Source: the human T2T-CHM13v2.0 reference genome, Homo sapiens. From it: DNA of 64,000 bases. The stretch lies in NCBI RefSeq assembly GCF_009914755.1, contig NC_060937.1; one strand, written 5' to 3'. Position numbers and translations under genes: made by a program. The notes below the pieces were generated by a model. It was not told the origin of the DNA, searched no databases, and was given only the letters and a program-made list of their open reading frames with translations. Of the stretch, positions 45,108 through 57,899 are shown piece by piece. Each line of letters begins with the position of its first letter. Position 1 is the first letter of the stretch.

Positions 45108-48089
45108 CCTATTTGTGTACATTCGTTATATGGAATCAATTCATTTGCTCAGTTATTCAGCAACTATTTATTTGGTACTTTCAGTTTACCATGTGTGGTG
45201 TCAGCTGATGGTGATTTGGTGATGATTATCAAGTGAGCAAAGATTTACTTTTGGTATACTCATTAATGTTTTTATTCAGCATTTAATGACAGTGGATATA
45301 TCTAAAGTATGTCAGAACAGTAGAAAGATTATGAATGCATTATAAAATGTTTACATGCTTAATTGCTGAATCCAAATTTCATTTTTATATCCCACAAATA
45401 TGAATGTTGTCAAACTTCTGTCACTTTGGAAAACAGTAATGAAAAGAATTTATTGCTTGCTTTGGTTTTATTATTGTTTTTTGTTTTGTTTCTGCCTCTG
45501 AATATACTATTTTTATTACCGTACATTTTTCTTCCGTAGCTCATTTTATCACATTCCTTAAATGTCAGGTTCATTTTGTTCTTATAACTTTCATTTTGAG
45601 TAGTGGCAAACAAAGGGATAGGCTATTAAGAAAAATGCATCGGCTTCTTCAAATGTGACAGTAGTTTTGTGGCGATATCAGCATTCCACCAGGAATTCAT
45701 CAGTGTGTCTCACTCTGAGACTGAAATTCTCATCTGGCTGCTTTCATTTTCTAAATCATTTTGCTGTAAGTTTAGCTTTACTGTTTAGTTGATTTCATTT
45801 AATTCTGCATGGAATTTATTCATCTGTGAATTTTTAAAAACTGTTATGATTAAGTATCATCCCAAATCTGGAATAAGTGTGACGAACGGTAAATTTCTAA
45901 ATTAAAAGAATAATGACACTTTTAAGTATTTCTGTCTTTTCTATCTAATGGTCCGAAAGTGGGCAAAGGTTGTTATGTTAGACATGTTCTTGCCAGTAGA
46001 GAGTTTTACATTTGGAGCTCGGGAAATTGCTTAAATGTAGTGTCATCTAAGATTCTGCATCAAATTGAAGGGTACATTTTGTAAAGGCATGGGGGTCCTA
46101 ACACCACTTTCTAGCAAATGAGGTCTTAAAAGTGACAGTTTTGGTAAGTTTTTTAATCTTTCAGCATGTCTGTTAGAAATTGCCAGGGAGTCTGGATCCC
46201 ACTGGGTGGTTATGAAAAATTTGTCAGATTAGTTAGAATGTTCAGTAATATAATGACATTAGTTAACCAAATTGCTTCCTTAATGAGGGCATATGACATT
46301 GAGTTTTAAATGATAGCCTAAAGATTTTAGAGATATGTAGATTAGACGATTCAACAAATGAAAACTAGTACAAGAATATAAAAATTCTTTGCCAAGCAAT
46401 TAGGAAACATCTTTTCTGTATGAATTTCTTATAACAACTCTCGGAGTGGTCAAGGCTGTTAGGCATATATGACAACAATGTTCTTTGCCCAAGGTCATGA
46501 CTTTAAGTGATAAAGATAAAATGTGTAGCCTGCTTTGCTTCCAGTCACTAAGTGCCTTCAGCTGTCATAGTTGGCTTCAATTTCTCACCTCCAGACCCAG
46601 TCTTCCCTCAGATTCGGAATCCAGTCTCATCTTCAGTTAGAGAAATTTTAAAGAACCTTCAGCCATTAGTTCATCAGAAAGTCAGCTAGCTGCTGGCTCT
46701 TCTTTGATCTTATAGTCCAGTCAAGGTTTTTCATCATTCCCTAGCACTAAGCTTCTGATTTATGTTCCAGTTTCAGCTCATGGGTACCTGTATTGTTCTA
46801 ATGTTTTTAAGTCCACAATTTGGTTCCTTACCAGTTCTGCTAATTCCCCAAGAATTGTTCTCCTGACTGTCACCAGAAACCCTACAGTCCCTATGGCCAT
46901 AGTCTTGATGCATATTCCTTGGCAGTCCTGACACCCATCACCTTGCCAACATTACTGCTTACTCTTTGCTGCAGCTCTCCTGATGCTCTCTTTTTCCTTC
47001 CTGATGAGACATACACCTGAACACTGCTGGTCCTCTGTGTTGTTGACAGTTTACCTGCCTAGACTTCCTTGTGTTGTCTGCAGCTGGGCCCCACCTGACC
47101 TCTTCTTCCGCGTTAATGGTTTCTGAGCTCTATCCATACCTAATAAGATATGTTCAAATCACCTGCATGCTTGCATTGACAGGAGAAGCCTATCTGTTAT
47201 TCAGTCATTTTGCCTCTAGTTATCACTCTTAGTTGTATATTTTCCAACTCTGGAAACTTGCCATTTCTGTCATATGAGACTGAGGAATACTAAACAAGAG
47301 ATAAATGGCAGTCTTGTTTGGCTGGGACAAGACCATCTCTTCTTGTAAGTGATAAGAATTTCCCCAGGTGACTGTGATAATATGAAGAATAAATTATACT
47401 TCTGTAGCCCTCACTAATCTCTTATATATACTCTTCATACATTAATGCTATAGTAAATTATAAAACCTGCCATCATCAGTGGTTGGGCAATGTTGCATTT
47501 GAAATGCAGTAAGACGCATCCAAAAGCACAGGCACCTTAGATTTTGATAAGTTTTCCATCAGTTAAGCCTCTCCTCACCTTTTAACATCACAAACATTCA
47601 GTATGCCACAGTTGTCCAGATTCTATGGAGCAGATATGAAGAAAGAAAAGTATACAGCTCTGCCTAACAGTAAGAAAAGTACAAAGGTGAAGTAAAATAT
47701 TCAAATATAAAGGGGAATCTACGATGTTAGCGAGTGATGATACCCATGGATTAAAACAAACAAACAAACAAAGCCTTGTGATATTAGAGAGTTATGAACA
47801 CAACCACTCATCCTGTCAGTAAAATTAGGGAGACAAATGCAGGCCAATACAATGAGATATGTATGATATTCTTGAGTATTAAGTTGATCATAACTCATCA
47901 CCCTAATTTATTTTCTTTGTTAGTATTTTAAAAATATTTTAAGTGAATATAAATGATTTTCCTTAATATTGTTATTTAGTATAACAAAAATAATAGAGAT
48001 ATTTATAACAACCCTACCATCACAGAACATCTGTCCATATCTGGTAGGTGACCTGAATAGGGGAACAGACAATTACAAGGCAAAGGGGC

Positions 48090-48285
48090 AAGTCCTGTCG
48101 CACACATTAGGCTATGGATTCATACAATCCTTCACTCAAATCCTGGATCCACCACATATTAAAAGGGGAACTTTGGGCAAATTATTTATTCTGTATCAAC
48201 CTAAGTTTTTTTATGTATAAAATGGGAATAATAGTTTTACCTGACATAGGATTGTGTGGATTAAATTAGAAGTCTAAGGCAAATA
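48090..48285 (+). mobile_element. MIR fragment
   Basis: ctttgggcaaattattta...tataaaatgggaataatagt...ggattgtgtggattaaatt. Confidence 0.75.
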
Positions 48286-48314
48286 CACCCTATTCAATAT
48301 ATGACATTACAGAT

Positions 48315-48664
48315 TGTTTTATTCCGTGTTAATGCTCCTGATAAACACATCCCGGCAATTTATAAAGGAAAGAGTTTTAATGGACTTACAGTTCCATGTG
48401 GCTGGGGAGGTCTCACAATCATGGTGGAAGGTGAAAGGCATGTCTCACATGGCAGCAGACAAGAGAAGAGAATTTGTGCAGGGAAACTCCCCTTTATAAA
48501 ACCGTCAGATTTAATAAGACTTATTCACTATCGCAAGAATAGTATGGGGGAATCTGACCCCATAGTTCAATTATCTCCCACCGGGGCTCTCCCACAACAT
48601 GTGAGAATTATGGGAGTTAGAATTCAAGATGAGATTTTGGTGGGGACACAGCAAAACCGTATCA
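48315..48664 (-). mobile_element. MaLR solo LTR (THE1B-like)
   Basis: ggacttacagttccatgtggctggggagg...cacatggcagcagacaagag...ggggacacagc; perfect TSD cagat at 48310 and 48665. Confidence 0.93.
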
Positions 48665-48829
48665 CAGATATTTCCATCTTGCCTAACATTTGGGACTGGA
48701 AGATCAATTAGGAATGTGCGTTATTCGCAAATCTTAAAATCTGGAAAATTGAAGATTTTTGGAAATATTTTATTACAAAATTTCACAGAAAAAACTACAA
48801 GGAAGAAGAAGAAGTGGTTAGGAAAATGA

Positions 48830-49400
48830 AAAATCAACTTCGGTATATTGACCTGCAGCACCTTTAAATCATGACATTGAAATATCTTGTAGGTTTTGGA
48901 TTTAAGGAATTGCGATAGATGGAATTGGAAAAATTTGAGCGCAAATTATCACCATATTCATGGTTACTGAAACAAAGGGAGTGGCTGAGATCACCAAGAG
49001 AGTGTGTTGAGAGAGAAGACTGAGTCCTGATGACCACTAACATTTAAAGTAAAAGTCAGGAGGAGAAGTAGATGAAGACTGAGAAAGGGACTGCCTCAGA
49101 GGCAAACAAGACCATGAAGTTGCAATGTCAAAAACCAGTGAAAGATGGTACTTCGAACAGAGTGAGTGGATATCGAATACCATATGCCAATGAAAGTTTA
49201 AATAAGAGCTGAAAGAGATATGCTGGATGTAGTCATATTGGTAAGAGCAGTTGCATTTGAATTGGTGGAAACAGAGCCAGTTTACAGAGGTTTGAGAGTC
49301 GAGTGGGAGATGCAATCACAGAGGAAACATGAGCCTGGGAATTTTTTCTGCAAATGTGGCACTGAGGAGGTAACTCCTATTCTCTGTAATATGAAGGGAT
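48830..49400 (-). mobile_element. L2 LINE fragment
   Basis: gagtggctgagatcaccaagagag...aacatttaaag purine-rich reverse L2 text. Confidence 0.65.
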
Positions 49401-49482
49401 AATTGAAAGGAAAAGATGTATGTTCTTTTGTAGGTTTGGTATCAGGCAACTCAGGAAGTCTGGTATGAGAATTTCCAATTTC

Positions 49483-49780
49483 CTTTTTTATTTTTGAGAC
49501 AAGGTCTCACTCTGTCACCCAGGCTGGACTGCAGTGGCATGATCTCGGTTCACCACAACCTCCCTCCGCCTCCTTAGCTCAAGTGATCTTCCCACCTCAG
49601 CCTCCCAAGTAGCTGGAACTACAGGTGCACACTACTGTGCTTGGCTAATTTTTAAATTTCTTGTAGAGACAGGATCTCCCTATATTGCCCAGGCTGGTCT
49701 TGAGCTCCTAGAGATGAATGATCCTCTTCACTTGGCCTCCCAAGTTCTGGGATTACAGGCATGAGCTACTGTGCCTGGCC
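49483..49780 (-). mobile_element. Alu (AluJ-like)
   Basis: Reverse Alu; flanking imperfect repeat agaatttccaatttc/agagtttctaatttc. Confidence 0.93.
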
Positions 49781-52229
49781 AGAGTTTCTAATTTCTATAT
49801 GAAATAAATATTAAGGGTAATTGCTGAGAGTTAAGAGAAAATAGAAGAGAAATCTGACAGTGGAGTTATAAAACTTCTCTGTGGGATTCAGGGACCAGTA
49901 GAAGAGGGCGATCATGAAGCTTTCACCGATGTTTATAATGGCAAATTTCGAATACTCAAGATATTCCTATCCTTAAGTCTTCTCAACTTGAATTCACGTG
50001 TTACTGAAAGACTGAAGAATAGGCATGTCCAAGGCAAACATGTTTAAGTTAATACTCATATCTTCTCTTTTCAGTGTCCATTTCTTTTGCAAATCCATCC
50101 TTCCATCTATTCATGTACTCAATGAGCCATCCATTCATTTATTCATATATTTATCCATCTTTCCATCTTCAATATGTCTAGATGTCCTTCCATTAATCAA
50201 ATATTCATTGATTGACCCAACATGATTTACAAAGAGGCATTAGGATTACAAACAACTGCACAATGATGGGTTTTGTTCTCACAGGATGTTTTAATTAAGA
50301 TAAAGGTTCAGTACAGCCAAGGTGGATACTTATTTCTTTCTCTCGTAAGAGTCTGTATGAGTAGTTTAATGAATCCAGGCAGTTTACATCTATTTACCAT
50401 CCCATATCCCTAGGTAACTGGCCTTTTGTATATGGCACAAGATAATTCCCACATGTCCACATACTAGTTAGAAGAAGGAGGGAAGATAGGGAAAGGTATG
50501 CTCCTTCTCTTTAAGCCAAAATATGAATTGGAAGTTGCACATATTGTTTTCATTCATATTCTATTGACAAGAAAAAAAATCACCTTTTGCCACACCTAGT
50601 TTCAAGGGAGACTAAAAATGCAGGCTTTATTTTGCATGACCATATGAGCAGACAGAAAGGAGAAGCCAGGTACTGAAGAACTAACAGAAGTTTCTCCCTT
50701 ACAGAGCCTATGTTTTTCTTGTAGTTACAGGCAGGTGAATTGACAGTTACCATACGTTTGGAGAGGTCACAGTGGTAATATGTGATAGCAGCTCACAGGG
50801 CTTCCCCATCTCCAAGAATTCTACTGCACAGTGATTCCTGAAGACCTCTGTCTCCAAAATAGGCACAGAGAATTTCCCATCTCTCAATGTCATTTCCCCT
50901 TTACTCAATACAGTTCTTATTTCCTTAGAGTAAATCAATAAGTTTTGAGAAAGAAATATCAATGATAAACTCATCCTAACATGTTCATTGCTAATCACTA
51001 CTTCACTCCCCTCCCTTTTAAAATATACTACTAGGATAGTTTCAAATGTCTTTAATTCGTGGATTTTCACTATATTTTAAGACAGAATGGCTAGTCTGAG
51101 AATCAGATTTACCATTAAGATTTGAAACTTACAGAAACCAAGAGAGAATTGATTGAAATATTATTTAAAAGAATCCAGTGATTATATTGACAGATACTGG
51201 TGAAAACAAAAAAAAGCATTTAAAAAGGCTTGTATTAATCTGCTGGTAAGTGAAAGAAACTCGTAGTAAGGGGGCTTATATTGCCTAGGAAGAGAGTTTA
51301 CGGCCTTTGAATGAGCAACTTACTATTTATGTCTGTTAATTGTTGATTCTTGTTTCATTATGGAGCTGGGCACCCTGACAATAAATTCTTCTATCAAATT
51401 GGTTTCATTTAAAGAAACAGATCTCTTATGAACTATTTAAAGATCCTTTCTTCAAACTAAACAAATCAAGACTTGGTAAAATGGCTCTAGAAACAGTATC
51501 TATGAGGCTTAGAAACATAGGAAATAAGGCCTCCCAGTGTTTCCTATAAAGATGTCTATGAACTATGGGTTGATGAACTATGGCATAACCTCAGAAAGCC
51601 TGGGATTACACATAACGCCACTAAATGCAGATCATCTCATTAAGAATGATAATTCAACTTCTGTTCCACTGTATCTACCTGGTTATCTTATGTTCATTAA
51701 GGACTTTTATGGCTTGTAATTTTCCCTGCTGAATTTAATTGCTTATCTCTGCCAATTTTTTCTGATTTCAGTGTCACTTTTAAACATTTAAGCTCAACAA
51801 TTTTGTCAATCCCTAGATATAAACCTCTTCTAAAAGCACTGAAAAAAAAGATCATATATTTAATTGCTAGTAATTTAGGTATTTTCTTTTAAGTGACATT
51901 TTATAAAGTGCTATATAAATTTAGAACATTAGTATTATGATTGGATTAATTTTGTCACTTTATGTAATTTCTCTGTATATTATGTTGGGTATTTATTGCT
52001 TTTTAATAAGCATATCTAGAGATGAATAATCTCCTTTCACTTGTCACCTTGCCAGCCTTCACACTGATTCTGATTTTCCTGTCTTTGCACAAAACATCTT
52101 TTGGGGGGTGTTCAAATTTCTACTTAAAAGGCTAATTTCACAAGAGGTTTTTGTTAAAAAAACAAGACAGTCAAGTCAGATCAACTGGATGGATCTTTTT
52201 AGCATTAAATCCACTGGAGTATTGGCTGG

Positions 52230-52720
52230 TTATTGATTTGTTTACCAAACAGTTATTGAATGTCTGTTACATGTCAGGGTTGGGTGTAGCAATCAATTAA
52301 ATGTCATCATACTTTGCCTTTTAGGTGTTCACCTTTGTGTTCAGGAGCAAAATGCGTAAACATATATGTTGAAATTATTGGCTCAATGTGGCTATGTATG
52401 AGAGTGAAATGGAAGAAGCAATTTATTCTGCATAGGCTGGGGGGAAGACCGTGTAGAGAAGATGCTATTTAATTTTGGTTTTTAAGGATGAATAGAATTT
52501 CACCAGTCAGAAAAGTGACCACGGGAGTCTGGGTGGCAGAAGGATGTTAAGGGAGAAAAACACTGCCTGAACAGGCATAGCATGATATGGTTAAGCAACG
52601 GACGGACATTAGGTATTAGTGGAATCTGTAACTGTTGGGAAGAAATAGAGGTCAATAAATAGTAGTAAAGCCAGTTGCAAATAAAGTCTTGGATAGGATG
52701 CTAAGATATTCTCTAAAAGA
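52230..52720 (-). mobile_element. L2 LINE 3' fragment
   Basis: aaacagttattgaatgtctg...ttttaaggatgaatagaatttcaccag. Confidence 0.65.
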
Positions 52721-52920
52721 CTCTTGACAAGCAACTCTTTGATCTAATTTTCATGTATATGACAAAGCAATCCCTCCCTCCCTCTCTCCCTCCCTCCTTT
52801 CTTTTCTCCCTCCTTCCTTCCATTCCTCAATACATTTACTTTAATTCTCCTTTTTAGGTGTTAAGGATAAAGAAGTGAACAAAACAGGAAAAGTCTTAGC
52901 ATGGAGTTTGTATTGTAGAC

Positions 52921-53246
52921 CAACAGTCTGAAAATTGTTTCTGTAAATGGCAAGATAGTAAACATTCCAGGCTTTGCAAGTCATCTAGTCTTTATTGCAA
53001 CTACTCAGCTCTGCACTTGTAGTGAGAAAGCAGCCATAGACAATATATAACAAATGGGCATCGCTGATTTCCAATAAAACTTTATTTACACACTGACATT
53101 TGAATTTCATATGTCACAAAATATTCTCCTCCTTCTTCTATTTTTGCTCCAGCCACTGAAAAATGTAAAAATCACTCTTAGCTTGTGGGTTGTACATAAA
53201 CAGGAAGGCTAGATTTGGCCCATGGACTGTAGTTTGTCAAACCCTG
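52921..53246. mobile_element. MER58B-like hAT-Charlie DNA transposon
   Basis: ttctgtaaatggcaagatagtaaa...caactactcagctctgc...ccaataaaactttatttac...tagtttgtcaaaccctg. Confidence 0.87.
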
Positions 53247-53859
53247 TTCTAGAGGTTCAGGTTAATGGAGGCATTAGACACAGACATCAGAAGGGTGAAT
53301 CAAAAGCAGTTTACATGTTTAAATGATTTAGAAAGTAGTCCATGCAACCAGCTTATACAATAGAGAGATTCTCTAATAATGCAGGAGAGGCATGGGAGTT
53401 CAAGTTCTTGGACATTAATTTCTAAGTGAGTGAAGGTCACATTAGATTTTCTTTATATACAATTGCCCCCTTTTATGTCCAGGCTTATATTTATATGACA
53501 TTTCTGTATATAGGCTAGTCTGGCTGTGTCTTGGGACCAGTTTAGCTGAGCCAGTTCCCCATCATCAATATTGGTGTTACATAATATTCAATGTGATTTC
53601 AGGCTCTGCTTGGGATAGTCCTCTCAGGCATGATCACTATTCTCTCTCAGCCCACTCATGTGTACACAGCCCGGTTCATGTGCTTTGCTCAGATAAGGAC
53701 TGCGGAATTAGAACCAGTGTTAGTTACCCAGAGGTTTTTGAGAGTAAGCTATTGGGCCTTTAGACCAGTGGCAAGATCTTGATTACGCATTTTAATAACA
53801 CATATTTTTTTTTTATCAGCTCACAGTATTTTTGGGCTTCATTGTTTAAGTTTGGAAGT

Positions 53860-54060
53860 TGTTGTTGCCTGGAGTCTAAGCCCAGTTCTACTGTTGGTTG
53901 CTGTGTGGCACTGGGCAAATGATTGAAGCTTTTTCAGCCTCAGCTTCCTAATTTTTAAAATGGGAATCATACCCATAACCTAACTTACAGAGTTTTTGTA
54001 TTAAATGAAATAATCTTTGTATCCTTTCAAGGCCTATATTTAAAGCATCTGGTATATAGC
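53860..54060 (+). mobile_element. MIR fragment
   Basis: gctgtgtggcactgggcaaatg...gcctcagcttcctaatttttaaaatgggaat. Confidence 0.75.
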
Positions 54061-55619
54061 AAAACAAACAAATAAAAATGCACTATTTTTACTACTTATA
54101 CACTATTTATTCTACTACTATAGCACTACTATTACTATTATTATAATTGTAGAAAATAAGAGGAAATTTGGCATTCTTTTCCTAGTAGAGTTTTTGTTAC
54201 TCTTTTTAAATTGGATGAATATTAGAAAGAGGAGAGAATTAACTTACTTCAGAAAAGACTTGCCCCCAAATCCTAGGAATATTACAGATCGCTTAATACA
54301 AGAGGAAATCGAATATGAGCTGTATCATTTTGAAAGAACAGCTGTTAAACATTTCAAAAAATTTAATTTAGAAAAGGTTAATTACCTTTACTATGTCAAC
54401 TACATTTTTAAATGAAGGATTCTTAATTCTTTTGAAAACATGTCCAAGACCCATTTATTTGTTAATTTAATTCCATGTGCAGTGGACCCCCAGCTCCTAT
54501 ACGAGGGCAAACCATTATAATATATCTTGATTTGAAGGCTCAACACAGCCACTGTTGATTTCGGCTGCTAAAATTAGAGTACGCTGTATTCAACTCTATG
54601 CACATTATATTAGAATTTGCTTTGGTCTGACACAAGTAAGAGGCTTTCTATTTACTTAGTATTGCGGGGTAGGATTTTAATTGGTTCCACAGCTCTTACT
54701 CAAGTATCATTTTACTTTTCAACAAATGATTCAGACCTTTGGGGAGACATGCCATAATTTAACTGGAGAAAATTTAGGATCCATGAATGTCACACACACA
54801 CAGAAACTGCACAATGGAGACAATGATGTGCCGATCTGTATAAGAATGTGTGAAATGCTACTGATTCATTTTTATAGGTTTTGTTCTTCGGAGTTTTTCT
54901 GTAACAGACAGAGAAGACTAAGTGGATCTCTGCACATTTTCTTTTCCAGTCTGATCTATGCTCAGTGGTGTGTATTTAAATGTGTGCTTTAACATCAATA
55001 CATTTGTATGCACTTAATATTTAGGGCTTTATGTGCATAGAATTTATTTCTTTGTTCAATTTGTACTGATTCATACATGGCCATCAAATCTACCACCAGC
55101 CCCTGAGTGAGTTATTTCTTTTGGCCTCAATTTTCTCATCAGTGAGATAAAGCTAACATCTTGGAAAGCGATTATTGAAAGGTCTAGCTGAGAAAACAGA
55201 TACAAAATGACTGGGTTTGTGCCTGGGTCAACAGGTGCTTAATAACGGCTTGATTTCTTCCCTTTCATCTTTCCTATGCTTTTCCTTCTACCTTCTAGCC
55301 CAAATCATGCTTTAACCATCACCAGGTCTCTTCTTCTGTGTCTAAAATCACCATGCAACTTATTTCCATTATTAATCACAGACAAATAAACTAAATATGA
55401 TAGTACTGTTTTAGAGATTTCTAAGTTGTAAATATAAAGAGCTATGCTAAAGATAGGCTTTAACATAAGTAGAATAATCTGATTATGAGATGAACATGAG
55501 TCTATGTGCTTTTACTGTTGTATTGAATTTATGTTTGCAAATGTTAATGTAAATGTCATGTCTCTCAGTGGCTGAGAGTTTTGATAAAATGACAAAAAAC
55601 TTCTAATTGTTTCTTCTTT

Positions 55620-56020
55620 GGGTACCCATGAAGATTGGGCTACAATTTCTAGTTATCACCATCATATGGCAACCAATCTGTTCTGCATCTCTCTTTGGTA
55701 AACTGTCAGATTCATTTGTTCACATTGTCATCGCTCATGCCATAAGATGGCTTAAGTTATGGTCTCTCTGCCCTCCAAAAATATCCTTCTTTATGGCCAT
55801 GATGCCTCTGAATATGCTAGCTGCCAGGCTTGTAGATTTTCATCTTCCAGGACTTTTTGCTAGTGAGCCTGTTATTTGTCACTTAATGTTTAGAATTATC
55901 TGTAGCTGATGCCGATGAACTTGGTCTGGAGGTTGGAAGTGGCCTCACATATATGTGGCTATTGGGCATAGCTATTGCTCTGCAATACCTTCATTTGCTT
56001 TGAGGCTTTTGCTATATTAG
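55620..56020 (-). mobile_element. Fossil RTE-clade LINE (L4/MamRTE1-like), post-RT region
   Basis: Minus-strand translation with frameshifts gives, in order, SLKA-MKVL, PIATY-CE, DQVHRHQLQIILNIK*, SDSLPK. Confidence 0.65.
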
Positions 56021-56439
56021 ATCCTAAAGATGGTCTGCTGAGTGGCCAGAGGACAGACAATACTTGGAATTTTGTGATAATAAAATGTTACAGTTGGACA
56101 TTTCTGGAGAATCTCCAGGCCAATATTAGGCCTGTGGCTAAAGGATTAATGCAGCAGAGATGTCCACAGCCAGAATTATCTATGTCCAACGTTGCAACAA
56201 CTGTAAGGGGGTCCTCTGTTAGAATGTGTGGGGAGATAGTCCAGATCTCTCTGCTTAATTTCATTATGTTTCACTAGTTTACTGCATTAGTAAAAGGGGG
56301 TTAGAATGAAAACAAAAAAACATAAAGCATAGTTTCTCTGATAAGAACTTTTTCTAGGCTGAATGTATTTTTTTCTGCTTTCTTTAAAAAAGAGAAGTCA
56401 CCGACTATTAAAAATAGGTATCTGTTTTATTTGCCTGCC

Positions 56440-56830
56440 TCATACCCATGTCTCTTTCATCTGATAACAGCACACATATTTCTCATCCCCTGCTCTGTCC
56501 ATGTGGTTCAAGTGAGGTTAACCTCGACACTAGATGATGTGGGCAGGTGAGGAAGTCTGGACAAGCTCATCCTCCTTTGTTTCGGTGACAGGTAGACACA
56601 TTAGAGCTAATAAGAGAAACCCCAGGATTTCTTTTCAAGAATTGTTGGAATAGCAAAGCTCTCTTTCCCTGGATATGTCTGATAGAGTAGAGTGAAAGTC
56701 TGGAGGTCCTGATAGTCATTTTACCATTGGTAAGGGAGTGCCTACCTAAGATGGAGTCAACCAAAAAGAGAGTAAAATATAATTAACCTGTGACCATTTC
56801 AATATTTAGTATTTTCCCATCAATTAAATG
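56440..56830 (+). mobile_element. Old MaLR LTR fragment (MLT1K/L-like)
   Basis: tccatgtggttcaagtgagg...gctctctttccctgg...gtcattttacca...gggagtgcctacctaagatggagtcaac. Confidence 0.55.
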
Positions 56831-56875
56831 TTCTGTGTAACATTCATTCTAATGGGAGAATTGTATCTAATAATA

Positions 56876-57409
56876 TGTATTAGTCAGGGTTCTCTAAAGG
56901 GACAGAACATATATATATATATGAAGGGGAGTTTATTAGGAGAATTGACTGACACGATCTCAGGGTGAGGTGATATGCCAACTGCAAGCTGAAGAGCAAG
57001 GAAGCCAGTCCAAGTCCCAAAACCTCAAAAGTAGGGAAGCCAACAGTGCAGCCTTCAGTCTGTGGCCGAAGGCCTGAGAGCCCCCTCGAAAATCACTGGT
57101 GTAAGTCTGAGTCCAAAAGCTGAAGAACTTGGAGTCCGATGTTCAAGAGTAGGAAGCATCCAGCACAGGAGAAAGATGAAGGCTGGAAGGCTCAGCAAGT
57201 CTGCCCTTCCATCTTCTCTTGCCTGCTTTATTCTAGCCACCCTGGCAACTGATTAGATGGTGCTTACCCAGATTGAGGGTAGGTCTACCTCTCCCAGTCA
57301 ACTGACTCAAGTGTTAATCTCCTTTGGCAACACCCTCACAGACACACCCAGGAATGGTACTTTGCATCCTTCAATCCAATCAAGTTGACACTCAGTATTA
57401 ATCATCACA
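56876..57409 (-). mobile_element. ERVL solo LTR (MLT2A2-like)
   Basis: tgtattagtcagggttctct...gggagtttattagg...ctcctttggcaacaccctcacagacacacccagga...caatccaatcaagttgacactcagtattaatcatcaca. Confidence 0.93.
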
Positions 57410-57899
57410 CCATATCAGTGTGCTATCATTTATCAATCTTCCATTATTTAACATTTTGTCTGCAATGAGCAACTGCATGTGTAAGTCTACCTCTTAACAT
57501 CTGTAAGATATGGAAATGTCATTTCTACTTCAGAGTACATAAAGGCGTTTTATGGCTTTTTATATGTTAGGCAATACACTGAACATGTTCGTTTTTGTTA
57601 GGACGTTGTGGTTTAGGATTTTGATTTTTTTTCTCAGTTTAAAATATTCACGAAGTACTATAAAAAAGTTTACATATGAATTGAAGAAATATTTTCTTAG
57701 AAATATAAAAGACAAAAATCCTCTCTAGCCTGGTGTGAAAACTAAGTCAAGAAAGCTGATCTGTTGCACAGCAGTACACATGCCATGCGATCTTCCAGCA
57801 GCTGTGTCTGCCATGAGATGCCTTTGTGATTTTCAACAGCAATCAGAGCAGTGGATCACCTGTGCATGGGTGGTTGAGGCATGTTTGAAGAAGGTTGAA

